The translations under genes and the position numbers were made by a program. A stretch of DNA of 64,000 nt from an uncultured Bacteroidales bacterium. GTDB taxonomy: Bacteria > Bacteroidota > Bacteroidia > Bacteroidales > UBA932. The stretch spans positions 2,115 through 66,114 of the forward strand of contig CAMKRY010000001.1 of NCBI GenBank assembly GCA_946415345.1, written 5' to 3'. Positions 28,043 through 38,948 of this stretch are shown here, in pieces (the stretch's first letter is position 1; each line of letters begins with the position of its first letter). Below the pieces are notes generated by a model, which had not been told where the DNA came from, did not search any database, and saw nothing but the letters and a program-made list of their open reading frames with translations.

Positions 28043-28897
28043 TTAGAACAGTCTTACGTTGATGGAAAGCTTCATGACCGGGAAGAACGGATACTTGCCG
28101 ATGATGTCGTCGATGACGCCGTCGTCCTCGTTTTCGAGCTTGGCGGAAGTAATCTGGACGTCAGCGGTCGTGTGGCCGGGGGCGTTGAAGTCGTAGGAGT
28201 AGACTTCAGCCTTGCCGAGATAGACGACGCCGAGGTCGAAGTTGACGCTCACGCGGTGGCGCATGTTCAGCGGACGGCCGAAACCTATGCCAAGGTAAGG
28301 ATGAAGCTTGTTGCTGCGCAGATCGAGGTGCAGGAAACCGTTCTGGTCGGTCGTGATATCTTCGACGTTTTTGTAGGAGATGCCGAAGGATGCGTACTCA
28401 TTCGGCAGGAGCTGCTTGCTGAGGTCGGCGGTTACGGCGAGGAAATTCTCGCTCTGGGCCATGACGGCGCCGAGGGTGAAGTGGAAGCCCGTCTTTTTGC
28501 CGGGATAGACGTCGAAGAGGAGATGAGGACCGAAGTTATTGAGATCGAAGCCGAAATCTACCTTCGAGAGATCGAATTCGCGCTCGTTGGACTGTCCTTC
28601 GTTCACCTTGAATTTGAGGTCTTCCTGATCGATTTTGCTGCCTACGAACGGGATGTCCATGATGGTCGTATTGTAGCTGGGGATGAAGGTATACCCGGCA
28701 CGAACGCCGACATACGGGGTCAAAGGAGCGGCCAGGTGGGCACCGACACCGTCCAGACCGACGGAAACGCCGGCGCTGAGGTGATTGAAGATCAGCTGGT
28801 CTTTCTTGGGCGTCTCATTCTCGTTATCCTGAGCAAAAGCGTTCAGCGTGAAAAGGGAGCACGCCAAAACAAGGAGGAAGGCTGTGAACTTTTTCAT
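28043..28897 (-). CDS. outer-membrane beta-barrel protein
   Basis: Signal peptide AFA-Q; PYLGIGFG; C-terminal SINVRLF. Confidence 0.78.
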   Translation of the reverse strand: MKKFTAFLLVLACSLFTLNAFAQDNENETPKKDQLIFNHLSAGVSVGLDGVGAHLAAPLTPYVGVRAGYTFIPSYNTTIMDIPFVGSKIDQEDLKFKVNEGQSNEREFDLSKVDFGFDLNNFGPHLLFDVYPGKKTGFHFTLGAVMAQSENFLAVTADLSKQLLPNEYASFGISYKNVEDITTDQNGFLHLDLRSNKLHPYLGIGFGRPLNMRHRVSVNFDLGVVYLGKAEVYSYDFNAPGHTTADVQITSAKLENEDDGVIDDIIGKYPFFPVMKLSINVRLF

Positions 28898-29013
28898 AAA
28901 GAATCGTTTTACATACAAGGCAAATATACCGAATATTTCTTTAAATACAATAAAAAGGTCAATCGAATCTGTCAGAAACGTGTAAAATGAGCAAAAAGTA
29001 CTAGATGTGCGTT

Positions 29014-29041
29014 ATGTTATACAATTTATATTATGTTAAGT
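29014..29041 (+). other. putative dif site (XerC/XerD)
   Basis: ATGTTATACAA-TTTATA-TTATGTTAAGT in 11-6-11 layout; XerD arm one mismatch from TTATGTTAAAT; intergenic. Confidence 0.6.
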
Positions 29042-29120
29042 AGCTGTATATAAGAACTCCCCTTGCTTGGATTCCGGCGGATTTTGCCGTACCTTTGTGC
29101 ATCTGTTTGATAAAACGAGC

Positions 29121-30533
29121 ATGAGCAAGCGCAAACCGGTAGATTTACTGCTGGAAAACATCACGATCGAGGCTGTTGCCGCTGAAGGCAAAGCCCTGAC
29201 GCATTACGAAGGCATCGTCGTTTTCGTCGATTTCGCCGTTCCCGGCGACGTCGTCGACATCCGCGTTTTCAAGAAGAAAAAGAATTACATGGAGGGCCGC
29301 ATCGAGCGCATCGTAAAGCCGTCCCCCGAGCGTCTTCCGGCGTTCTGCGAGCATTTCGGCGTCTGCGGCGGTTGCCGCTGGCAGCCGCTGCCGTATGAGC
29401 GCCAGCTCGAGGCCAAACGCCAGCAGGTCGAGGACCAGCTCGTCCGCATCGGCCATCTGACCGTCCCCGAGATCCGCCCCACTCTCCCCTCCCTCAAGAC
29501 GCAGTATTATCGCAACAAGCTGGAATTCAGCGCCTCCGACAAACGCTGGTTTCTCGAGAAAGGTGTTGATCCTGAGGCGCTTAGCCAGGCTGAACGTGTG
29601 GGTCTGGGCTTCCACGTCGGTAAGTTTTTCGACAAGGTCCTGGACATCAAAACCTGCCATCTCCAGCCTGAGCCAAGCAATGCTATCCGTCTCTTTATCA
29701 AGCAGTTCTGTGTTGAAAACGGCTACGAATTCTACGACATTCGCGAGAATCGCGGCTATTTCCGCAACATGTTCGTCCGGACGACCGAGGACGGCCAGGT
29801 GATGCTCATCGTCTGCTTCGCCTATGAGGACGAGCTTCGCCGCAAAGCCCTCCTGGACGCCGTCAGCGCCGCTTTCCCGCAGATCACCTCGCTCTGGTAC
29901 CTGATCAACGAGAAGAAGAACGATTCCATCGGCGACCAGTCCACTGTCCTCTACAAGGGCGCTGATGCCATCTACGAGACCATGGAAGGCCTCCGCTTCA
30001 AAATCGGCCCCAAGTCCTTCTATCAGACCAACTCGCTGCAGGCGGAGCGTCTGTATGGCGTGGCCCGCGAATTCGCAGCCCTGACGGGAAACGAGGTCGT
30101 CTATGACCTCTATACCGGCACAGGAACCATCGCCCAGTTCGTCGCCGGAAAGGCCCGCAAAGTCGTTGGCATCGAATATGTTCCCGAGGCCATCGCCGAC
30201 GCGAAGATCAATGCGGCGGCCAACGGCATCGACAACTGCGAATTCTTCGCCGGCGACATGAAGGATGTGCTGAACGCCGCCTTTATCGCCAAACACGGCC
30301 GCCCCGATGTCATCATCCTCGATCCCCCGCGCGCCGGTATCCATCCCGACGTCGCCAAGGTCATCCTCGACGCCGAGCCGCAGCGGATGGTCTATGTCAG
30401 CTGCAACCCGGCCTCCCAGGCCCGCGACCTGGCCATCCTCTGCGCGAAATACCGCATCACGGCCGTCCAGCCGGTCGACATGTTCCCCCATACGATGCAC
30501 GTCGAGAACGTCGTCGCCCTCGAAAAGAGATAA
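29121..30533 (+). CDS. rlmD: 23S rRNA m5U1939 methyltransferase
   Basis: TRAM domain, CEHFGVCGGC, YYRNK, FYQTN, DPPRAG, YVSCNP, DMFPHT. Confidence 0.93.
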   Translation: MSKRKPVDLLLENITIEAVAAEGKALTHYEGIVVFVDFAVPGDVVDIRVFKKKKNYMEGRIERIVKPSPERLPAFCEHFGVCGGCRWQPLPYERQLEAKRQQVEDQLVRIGHLTVPEIRPTLPSLKTQYYRNKLEFSASDKRWFLEKGVDPEALSQAERVGLGFHVGKFFDKVLDIKTCHLQPEPSNAIRLFIKQFCVENGYEFYDIRENRGYFRNMFVRTTEDGQVMLIVCFAYEDELRRKALLDAVSAAFPQITSLWYLINEKKNDSIGDQSTVLYKGADAIYETMEGLRFKIGPKSFYQTNSLQAERLYGVAREFAALTGNEVVYDLYTGTGTIAQFVAGKARKVVGIEYVPEAIADAKINAAANGIDNCEFFAGDMKDVLNAAFIAKHGRPDVIILDPPRAGIHPDVAKVILDAEPQRMVYVSCNPASQARDLAILCAKYRITAVQPVDMFPHTMHVENVVALEKR

Positions 30534-30562
30534 AAAAACCGGCAAATTTCCTGCCGGTTTTT
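30534..30562. terminator. bidirectional intrinsic terminator
   Basis: AAAAACCGGCA / TGCCGGTTTTT between convergent genes. Confidence 0.75.
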
Positions 30563-30577
30563 GTTGGGTTTTGATCG

Positions 30578-33154
30578 TTACGGGGTGACGTTAATCATCA
30601 GGTGAAGCGTCTCCTTCGTGCCGTCGGAGAGGCTGACTTTGGCTGTTATGAAATGCGGACCGACCGTCAGGGAAACCGACTTGGCTCCGGTGACCTCTTT
30701 CTGGTCATAAAGCCATGTCTCGGACGTGGCTGTCACGCCTTCGACGAGGTTCAGCTCGAGCTGGAAGGACTCATCTGCCTTGTATTCCCCGTTGCCGGGA
30801 TCGGCAATCGAGTTAAATCCCATCCGTGCGAGCGTCCAGGGATTCTCGGGATCTTCCGGTTCTTCCGGCGTCTTGCCGGCAATCGTTGCCTCAAGAACCA
30901 GATTGTATCCATCTTCCGTCTGGTCCCAATTGCTATTCTCCAGAGAGAACTGGGAATACCATGTGTGGTTGGTCGTGCCTTCGCCGATGATGAAGGTATA
31001 TCCCGTATAAGGGGCATCGGCATTCTTGACGGCGTAACCGACATAGAGATCCTTTCCGGCTGGGAACTCCGCGCCGCTCAGATTCACCGAGACCATATTG
31101 GACGATCCTCCGGCTAATTCAGGAATTTCTGCGGTTAAGATGCGCTCTTCCCCTGCATCGATAATGAGGTAATAGGCCTCGGCGGACATGTACGGCCAGA
31201 ACTTGACGGAAGTGACTTCTCCGCCGCCTGAAGGAAGATCTGCGACCGGAATCCGGATGGAAGCCATCTGGGAGTTTCCATAAGAAGACCAGCCGCCGTA
31301 GTAGAGCGATCCGTCCGGATCATAATAGCTATATACATTCTTTTCCGCTTCTCCGGTCATGAGCAGGGTCACACTCACCCTTGTGGCTCTGGAATTGAGC
31401 GAGATATCGATACCCTTTGTCTGATATCCGTCTTTGGAGAGGGTCAGATGGGCGGAATCGCCGTCATATCCTTCCAGAGAAATGGTAAAGACGCCGTCGC
31501 TGTCCGACACGGCCTCATAAGTACGGGGGCGCGGCGAACGCAGTCTGATCGGGAGCGGTGCCGAGGCGGCGGGCTCGGACAGAATGACTTGGACCCCGGA
31601 AATGGGATTTCTGTCCTGGCCGACAACCGTACCGACAATGGACCTTCCAAAGGAATAGGTGACGTTTAGGGAGACCAGGCCGGCGTTGTAGGCAATGTTG
31701 GAGATGGTGGTGCCCGTTTCGTTCCCTTCCCAGTCAATCGGGATAAACCCGGTTACTTCCTTTGTCCCGGGGAACATCCAATCGTTGGCGTACTCGCCGC
31801 TATAGTTGAGCGAGGTGGGCTCTCCGGCGGGAACGACATAGAAGCAGGGATGGTTGCCATAGGCGTTGATGGCGTTGTAACTGCCCCAGTTGGCCCAGAG
31901 CTCATAAGGCGAGACGCCGCCGACGCTCCGTTCCTTCGACTTGTCCACGTGGTAGACAAGGAGGCCTGTCGGAAGGGTGGAGTTCCAGCCGTTGCCGTCG
32001 ATGCACTCGTAGAGGAAGTACTCCCCTTCCATGTCGGTGTAGGTCCGGAAGGCGATGTCATCCTGAACGGGACCGATAGAGCTGGCTCCTTCCGGCAGCG
32101 CGGGCACGTCGTCGTCCGTCATCCAGCCGAGGTAAATCCTTTCCTCGGAATTGAAGTACGGCGGTGTACGTCCGTCATTGTTGTAGCTGCCGGAGCACAT
32201 GGTCGAGAACCAGTACAGGGCGCCATTGTAGCCGTTTTCGTCATAGTCGGTGTCATAGAAGTCCGGGAGACCCAGCGAGTGGCCGAATTCGTGGCAGGTC
32301 GTGCCGATGCCGCACATGTTGGTGCCGGAGATTCCCTTGAGCTCGGAAGTGCAGAAATAGGCGCCCAGCGTCTTCCCGTCCACCTGGGCGTTGATGCCCA
32401 TCTGCGTGAGGTCCCACTGATGGGGCCAGATGGTGCTGGAGCTGGCGCCTTCCGCCTCGTTGTAGCCGGCATAGTACATGAGGACCATGTCGATGTAGCC
32501 GTCGTTGTTGGCATCATACTGGGAGAAGTCGACGTCCGGATCGAGGATCTGGGCGGCGTCCCGGACGGCATAGGCTGCGTAACCGGCATCCTGACCGCCC
32601 TGGTTCTTGCCATAGTAGGACATCTTCTGGGGAAGCGTCACCGGACCGTACACGTCGAAGATGGGCTCGAAGGCGCCGTGGGAATTGTCCATGTAGAAAT
32701 CCCGGACGGAACCGGTACCGCCGTTCTCGGAATAGCCTGTCTGGTTGAGCAGGTTGTTAAAGGCAGTAGCCGGGTCAAAGATGGAGAAGGATATGTCGGA
32801 GAAATTGACCAGGAACACCGGGATGTGGCGCGCGCCATGGGTCATCGGATCGTCGTTGTGGGTCCGGGGTCGGGCGCGAAGGCGGTTGGCCTCTTGACGG
32901 CTCTTCTTGGCGGCTTTGCGGGCAAGCGGGTCGATGGAACCCTTGCGCCAGAAGCCGTCCTCGCCGAGGACGACGATCTGGGAGGTGCCGGCGAGCGTGG
33001 TCCAGCTGAAGAATTCATCGCCGTGGCGCTCGAGCATGATCACCGAGCCGTCGGGCTGGGTGTACTTGAAGGCGCCGGGTTTCGCGGGAACAGCGAAGGA
33101 GACGGTGCAGACGAGGGCGGCTGCTGCCGCGAGAAGAATGTGTCTCAGTTTCAT
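30578..33154 (-). CDS. M6 family metalloprotease, secreted
   Basis: AVPA..QPDG..HGDE propeptide, GSVRDFY, IWPH, HEFGHSLGLPDFYD. Confidence 0.9.
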   Translation of the reverse strand: MKLRHILLAAAAALVCTVSFAVPAKPGAFKYTQPDGSVIMLERHGDEFFSWTTLAGTSQIVVLGEDGFWRKGSIDPLARKAAKKSRQEANRLRARPRTHNDDPMTHGARHIPVFLVNFSDISFSIFDPATAFNNLLNQTGYSENGGTGSVRDFYMDNSHGAFEPIFDVYGPVTLPQKMSYYGKNQGGQDAGYAAYAVRDAAQILDPDVDFSQYDANNDGYIDMVLMYYAGYNEAEGASSSTIWPHQWDLTQMGINAQVDGKTLGAYFCTSELKGISGTNMCGIGTTCHEFGHSLGLPDFYDTDYDENGYNGALYWFSTMCSGSYNNDGRTPPYFNSEERIYLGWMTDDDVPALPEGASSIGPVQDDIAFRTYTDMEGEYFLYECIDGNGWNSTLPTGLLVYHVDKSKERSVGGVSPYELWANWGSYNAINAYGNHPCFYVVPAGEPTSLNYSGEYANDWMFPGTKEVTGFIPIDWEGNETGTTISNIAYNAGLVSLNVTYSFGRSIVGTVVGQDRNPISGVQVILSEPAASAPLPIRLRSPRPRTYEAVSDSDGVFTISLEGYDGDSAHLTLSKDGYQTKGIDISLNSRATRVSVTLLMTGEAEKNVYSYYDPDGSLYYGGWSSYGNSQMASIRIPVADLPSGGGEVTSVKFWPYMSAEAYYLIIDAGEERILTAEIPELAGGSSNMVSVNLSGAEFPAGKDLYVGYAVKNADAPYTGYTFIIGEGTTNHTWYSQFSLENSNWDQTEDGYNLVLEATIAGKTPEEPEDPENPWTLARMGFNSIADPGNGEYKADESFQLELNLVEGVTATSETWLYDQKEVTGAKSVSLTVGPHFITAKVSLSDGTKETLHLMINVTP

Positions 33155-33166
33155 ATGCGTGCCTCC

Positions 33167-34405
33167 TTATTTTTGAATGACAAAGCCTGTTCCGTCGGCC
33201 GTCCTGTACCACATCAGTTCCTCATTGGAATCTATGAGGGTGGCGTTGAATTCCTTCGAAAGGAACGTCTCGGCTCTATGCAAGCCGACGACGGAAAGAT
33301 GAGCTACACTGCCCTCTTCGCCGGCCGGATCGTAACCCGTGATGATGATGGCGGATACTTTGCTCCGGTTCAGCATACGGAATTCCGGACTGCCGTCAGC
33401 ATGCAGGACCGTGCTGCTGAGGTTCCAGCCATCCACTCCATAGGGGTAAGACGTGTCGCCCATGTAAAAGATGCCGGGCATGCGGACATTGAACACGAAC
33501 TCATCCACGCCGGCCTGGCGGACGCGGAGGTCCACACGGACCTTCTCGGAGCCTTCTGTCGGGATGAAGCTGATGATGGCTTCGCGCGAATTGCTGGTGT
33601 GGCTGTTCGCTTCCACCGTGAACGACTCCTGAGCGACGTTCAAGGCCTTGGTCTCGGCATGCTGGATCCATTCGGCCTCACATTCGATCTTATAGGTGAC
33701 GTTCGACTGGGTGATGACGGTGAAATTGCCGCCCCGGTAGCCCATGGATACAGATGCGTTGTCCGTTAGGATGATGTCCGTCTGGGACTGGACGACCGGG
33801 ATGGAGAAATCCTCCCCGGCTACGGAGACGGTCAGGCTGCCGCTGCGGTCGCCGATGTTCTCATTCGGATCCTTGGCGACGACGGGAATGCGGGCATAGC
33901 CGGCATCACCCTCCGTGGCCTTCAGGTCGATCCAATCGGCTCCTTCCGCGATGGAGGCCTTCCAGGCGTAGGGAGAGTCGAAGATCAGATAGCTCTCCTG
34001 TGTGCCGGCGAGATGGAGTTCGTGCGGCATGAAGAATTCGTCCAGACCGCCCTGGGTGAAGGTCTTGCGGAAGGTTTTCGTGCCGGAGGTGATGACCAGG
34101 GTCCCGGTGCGTTCCCCTGCTTCACGGTTGACATCGAAGCGGACCACGACGGAACCGCCGTTGGGCGTGGGAGCCGTCGATTCGACCTTGGCCCATTCGG
34201 CGTTCTCCAGCTCTGCCGTCCACTTGAGGTCGCAGACCACGCTGAATTCAAGGGTCTTGATGACAGCGCTGCAGCTGTTGGGGCCGCTGACGTTCAGGAC
34301 AGTCGGCTCCTTCTGCTCCTCTTCCTTCTTGTCGCAGGCCGCGAGTACGGGGAGCAGCAGTAAAGGTAAAAGGAGGCGTGCGCCTCCTCTAAAAGTAGCT
34401 AACAT
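33167..34405 (-). CDS. BACON-domain lipoprotein
   Basis: Lipobox LAAC; repeated W...W...N...R...Q BACON signatures. Confidence 0.8.
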   Translation of the reverse strand: MLATFRGGARLLLPLLLLPVLAACDKKEEEQKEPTVLNVSGPNSCSAVIKTLEFSVVCDLKWTAELENAEWAKVESTAPTPNGGSVVVRFDVNREAGERTGTLVITSGTKTFRKTFTQGGLDEFFMPHELHLAGTQESYLIFDSPYAWKASIAEGADWIDLKATEGDAGYARIPVVAKDPNENIGDRSGSLTVSVAGEDFSIPVVQSQTDIILTDNASVSMGYRGGNFTVITQSNVTYKIECEAEWIQHAETKALNVAQESFTVEANSHTSNSREAIISFIPTEGSEKVRVDLRVRQAGVDEFVFNVRMPGIFYMGDTSYPYGVDGWNLSSTVLHADGSPEFRMLNRSKVSAIIITGYDPAGEEGSVAHLSVVGLHRAETFLSKEFNATLIDSNEELMWYRTADGTGFVIQK

Positions 34406-34418
34406 AAGCAGTTATGTA

Positions 34419-35648
34419 TTACCAGTTAAGGATTTTCTTGAAGTCGTAGGCCTCCGGATTCGGAACATACTTCTTCGCGGCTTCGTAATCGGCCGGCGTA
34501 ATGAAGTGGCAGATGTGGTTGAAGTAGTTCTGGGCGATGCCACCTTCAATCGCGACACGGCGCGGCGGAATCTTGCCGTCGGCACCCTGCAGATCTTTCA
34601 GGTAGAGGGGCTTGGCCTCGCCGAAGGCGTCGACATAGACCATGCAGCCGGTCTCGCCTTTACGGAAGAGCTCGTAGGCGCCCATGGCCAGCTCGGTGCA
34701 GTAGGTCAGGTCATAGGCGATCGGGTCCTGGCAGCGGACATCGTAGCCGATCTCGACCGGACGGGTCTTGACCTTGAGGCCGATGGCCTTGAACTTCTTC
34801 TCGAGGATGTCGTTGAAGAGGACGGCCTTGCTGATCTTGCCAAGTTCGGGATGTCCGTGCTCGTCATAGGTCATGGAGACGCCGGCGTTCTTGATTTCTT
34901 CGGGATCGAGATCATGGAAGACGCCTTCCGCGACGACGACGGTGCCGTAAGGGATGCCGAGGATGTTGCGCTTGAGGATGCAGGAAAGGGCCAGGTTCAC
35001 GATCTTGTCGAGGGTGATGGCGGTCTTATTGAACATCTCGGGGATGATGGTCATCGGGCAGTGCGTCGCTTCGCCGATACCGAGGGCAAGGTGACCGGCG
35101 CTGCGTCCCATAGCGCTGATGATGAGCCAGTTACCGGAGGTGCGGGCATCTTCGTATACAGTGCGGGCGAGGTGGGCGCCTTCGTCCTTGGCGGAGTTGA
35201 AACCGAAGGTCGGGGTGTTGTTCGGCAGCGGAAGATCGTTGTCGATGGTCTTCGGTATGTGGATGTTGTGGATCGGGTACTTCTTGTCCTCGAGGAATTT
35301 GGCGATGCGGTTGGCCGTGGAGGCGGTATCGTCGCCGCCGACGGTTACGAGGAGCTTGATGTTGTTGTCCTGGAAAAGGGAAAGGTTGAAATTCTTGTCG
35401 AAATCTTCCTGGGTCGGTTTGAAACGGCTCATCTGGAGGTAGGAACCGCCGCGGTTGAAGTAGGCGTCCGCCTTGAAAAAATCGATATCCTCGGTGCGGG
35501 GGTTCTTGCTGAACAGACCGCTGTAGCCGCCATGGAGACCGATGACACGGTAACCGTTGGAGAGGAAGGTTTTGGCGACAGACATCACGACGGTGTTCAT
35601 GCCCGGAGCCGGGCCGCCGCCACAGAGGATGATAATGGAATCTTTCAT
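34419..35648 (-). CDS. phosphofructokinase, probably PPi-dependent
   Basis: GGGPAPGMN, GGDD and PKTIDND (PPi-type signatures), MGR. Confidence 0.88.
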   Translation of the reverse strand: MKDSIIILCGGGPAPGMNTVVMSVAKTFLSNGYRVIGLHGGYSGLFSKNPRTEDIDFFKADAYFNRGGSYLQMSRFKPTQEDFDKNFNLSLFQDNNIKLLVTVGGDDTASTANRIAKFLEDKKYPIHNIHIPKTIDNDLPLPNNTPTFGFNSAKDEGAHLARTVYEDARTSGNWLIISAMGRSAGHLALGIGEATHCPMTIIPEMFNKTAITLDKIVNLALSCILKRNILGIPYGTVVVAEGVFHDLDPEEIKNAGVSMTYDEHGHPELGKISKAVLFNDILEKKFKAIGLKVKTRPVEIGYDVRCQDPIAYDLTYCTELAMGAYELFRKGETGCMVYVDAFGEAKPLYLKDLQGADGKIPPRRVAIEGGIAQNYFNHICHFITPADYEAAKKYVPNPEAYDFKKILNW

Positions 35649-35763
35649 GGTGCGAATATGTTTACGTTACTGATTTGCGATGTAAATTCTTACAAATTTA
35701 CCAATAAAATCCGGTTCGGCAATAAAAAATTGTATTGTGAATTAGATTTGCTGATTTGGGTAA

Positions 35764-37862
<2,099 letters not shown>

Positions 37863-37863
<1 letters not shown>

Positions 37864-38936
37864 TGCCGATGAAAAAGTTTTTCAAGGATATTTTCTGGTG
37901 GATTCGCAAACAGATGAGGCGGGCGAAAGTTCTCGTCGGCTATGTCGTCCGTTTCTTGACGCATGACCTCTGGAATATCGATGAGAACCTGCTCAACATC
38001 TCCAAGTGGAAGACCCGCCTGATCACGGACCTCAAGGTCATCATGGTCCTCGTCCTGTCCTTCTCGAAGCGGCGGATTGCTTTTCAGGCGACGGCCCTGG
38101 CGTTCCGGACCATCCTTGCGATGGTGCCGCTGATTGCCGTCCTGCTCTTCGGCCTGTCACAGATGGGGTTTGAAGGCTATCTGGAGAATTTTATCCTGTC
38201 GCATGTGAAGGAGCAGGGCATCATTGAGATGGTCCTGTCCGCTGCGCGCAATCTCGTTGCGACGTCCACGACCGGCCTCTTCGGCTTCGTTTCCTGCTTC
38301 TCCTTCTTCTGGATTCTGATCTGGATGATGCTCCGCACGGTCGTGGTGTTCGACAACGTCTGGGGCAATATCCGCAAGCGTTCCTTCGGCCGGAACTTCA
38401 TCGCCGTCATCATCCTGCTGGTCCTGATGCCCCTGATGCTGCTGATCTTTGTCGGCGGCTTCCTGATGATGAACCGGGTGGCCGATTTCGTATTCCCGGG
38501 CGATCCCGCCGTCAAATCCTTCCTGAACTGGTTCACGCTCGGTCTCGTCACCGTTCTGGTCCTGTCGCTGATGTATACTTATATTCCTTCCGTCAAGGTC
38601 CGCTACCGCTATGCTCTCCGCTCGGCGGTTTTCGCGGGTACTGCTTTCACGGTGCTGGAATATGTCTACTTCGGTTCCCAGGCCTTCCTGACGGGACAGA
38701 GCGTCGTCTACGGCTATTTTGCCGCCCTGCCTCTCTTCATGATCTGGCTCAACATGGGCTGGACCATTATCCTCTTCGGCGCCGAGCTGACCTACGCCAT
38801 CCAGGCGGTCCGCCGTCGCGACATCACCGTCCGCGAACTGGACGAATTCCAGGCCCGCAGCCGCCGTGCGGGTCAGGAAGATTCCTACGATCATGTTTCC
38901 GACATCATGCGCGATGTCAAGTCGAACCGCAAATGA
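37863..38936 (+). CDS. YihY/BrkB family membrane protein
   Basis: ATALAF..LAMVP, VYGYFAALPLFMIWL..ILFGAE; multiple TM helices. Confidence 0.85.
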
Positions 38937-38948
38937 CAATCCTCCCCC

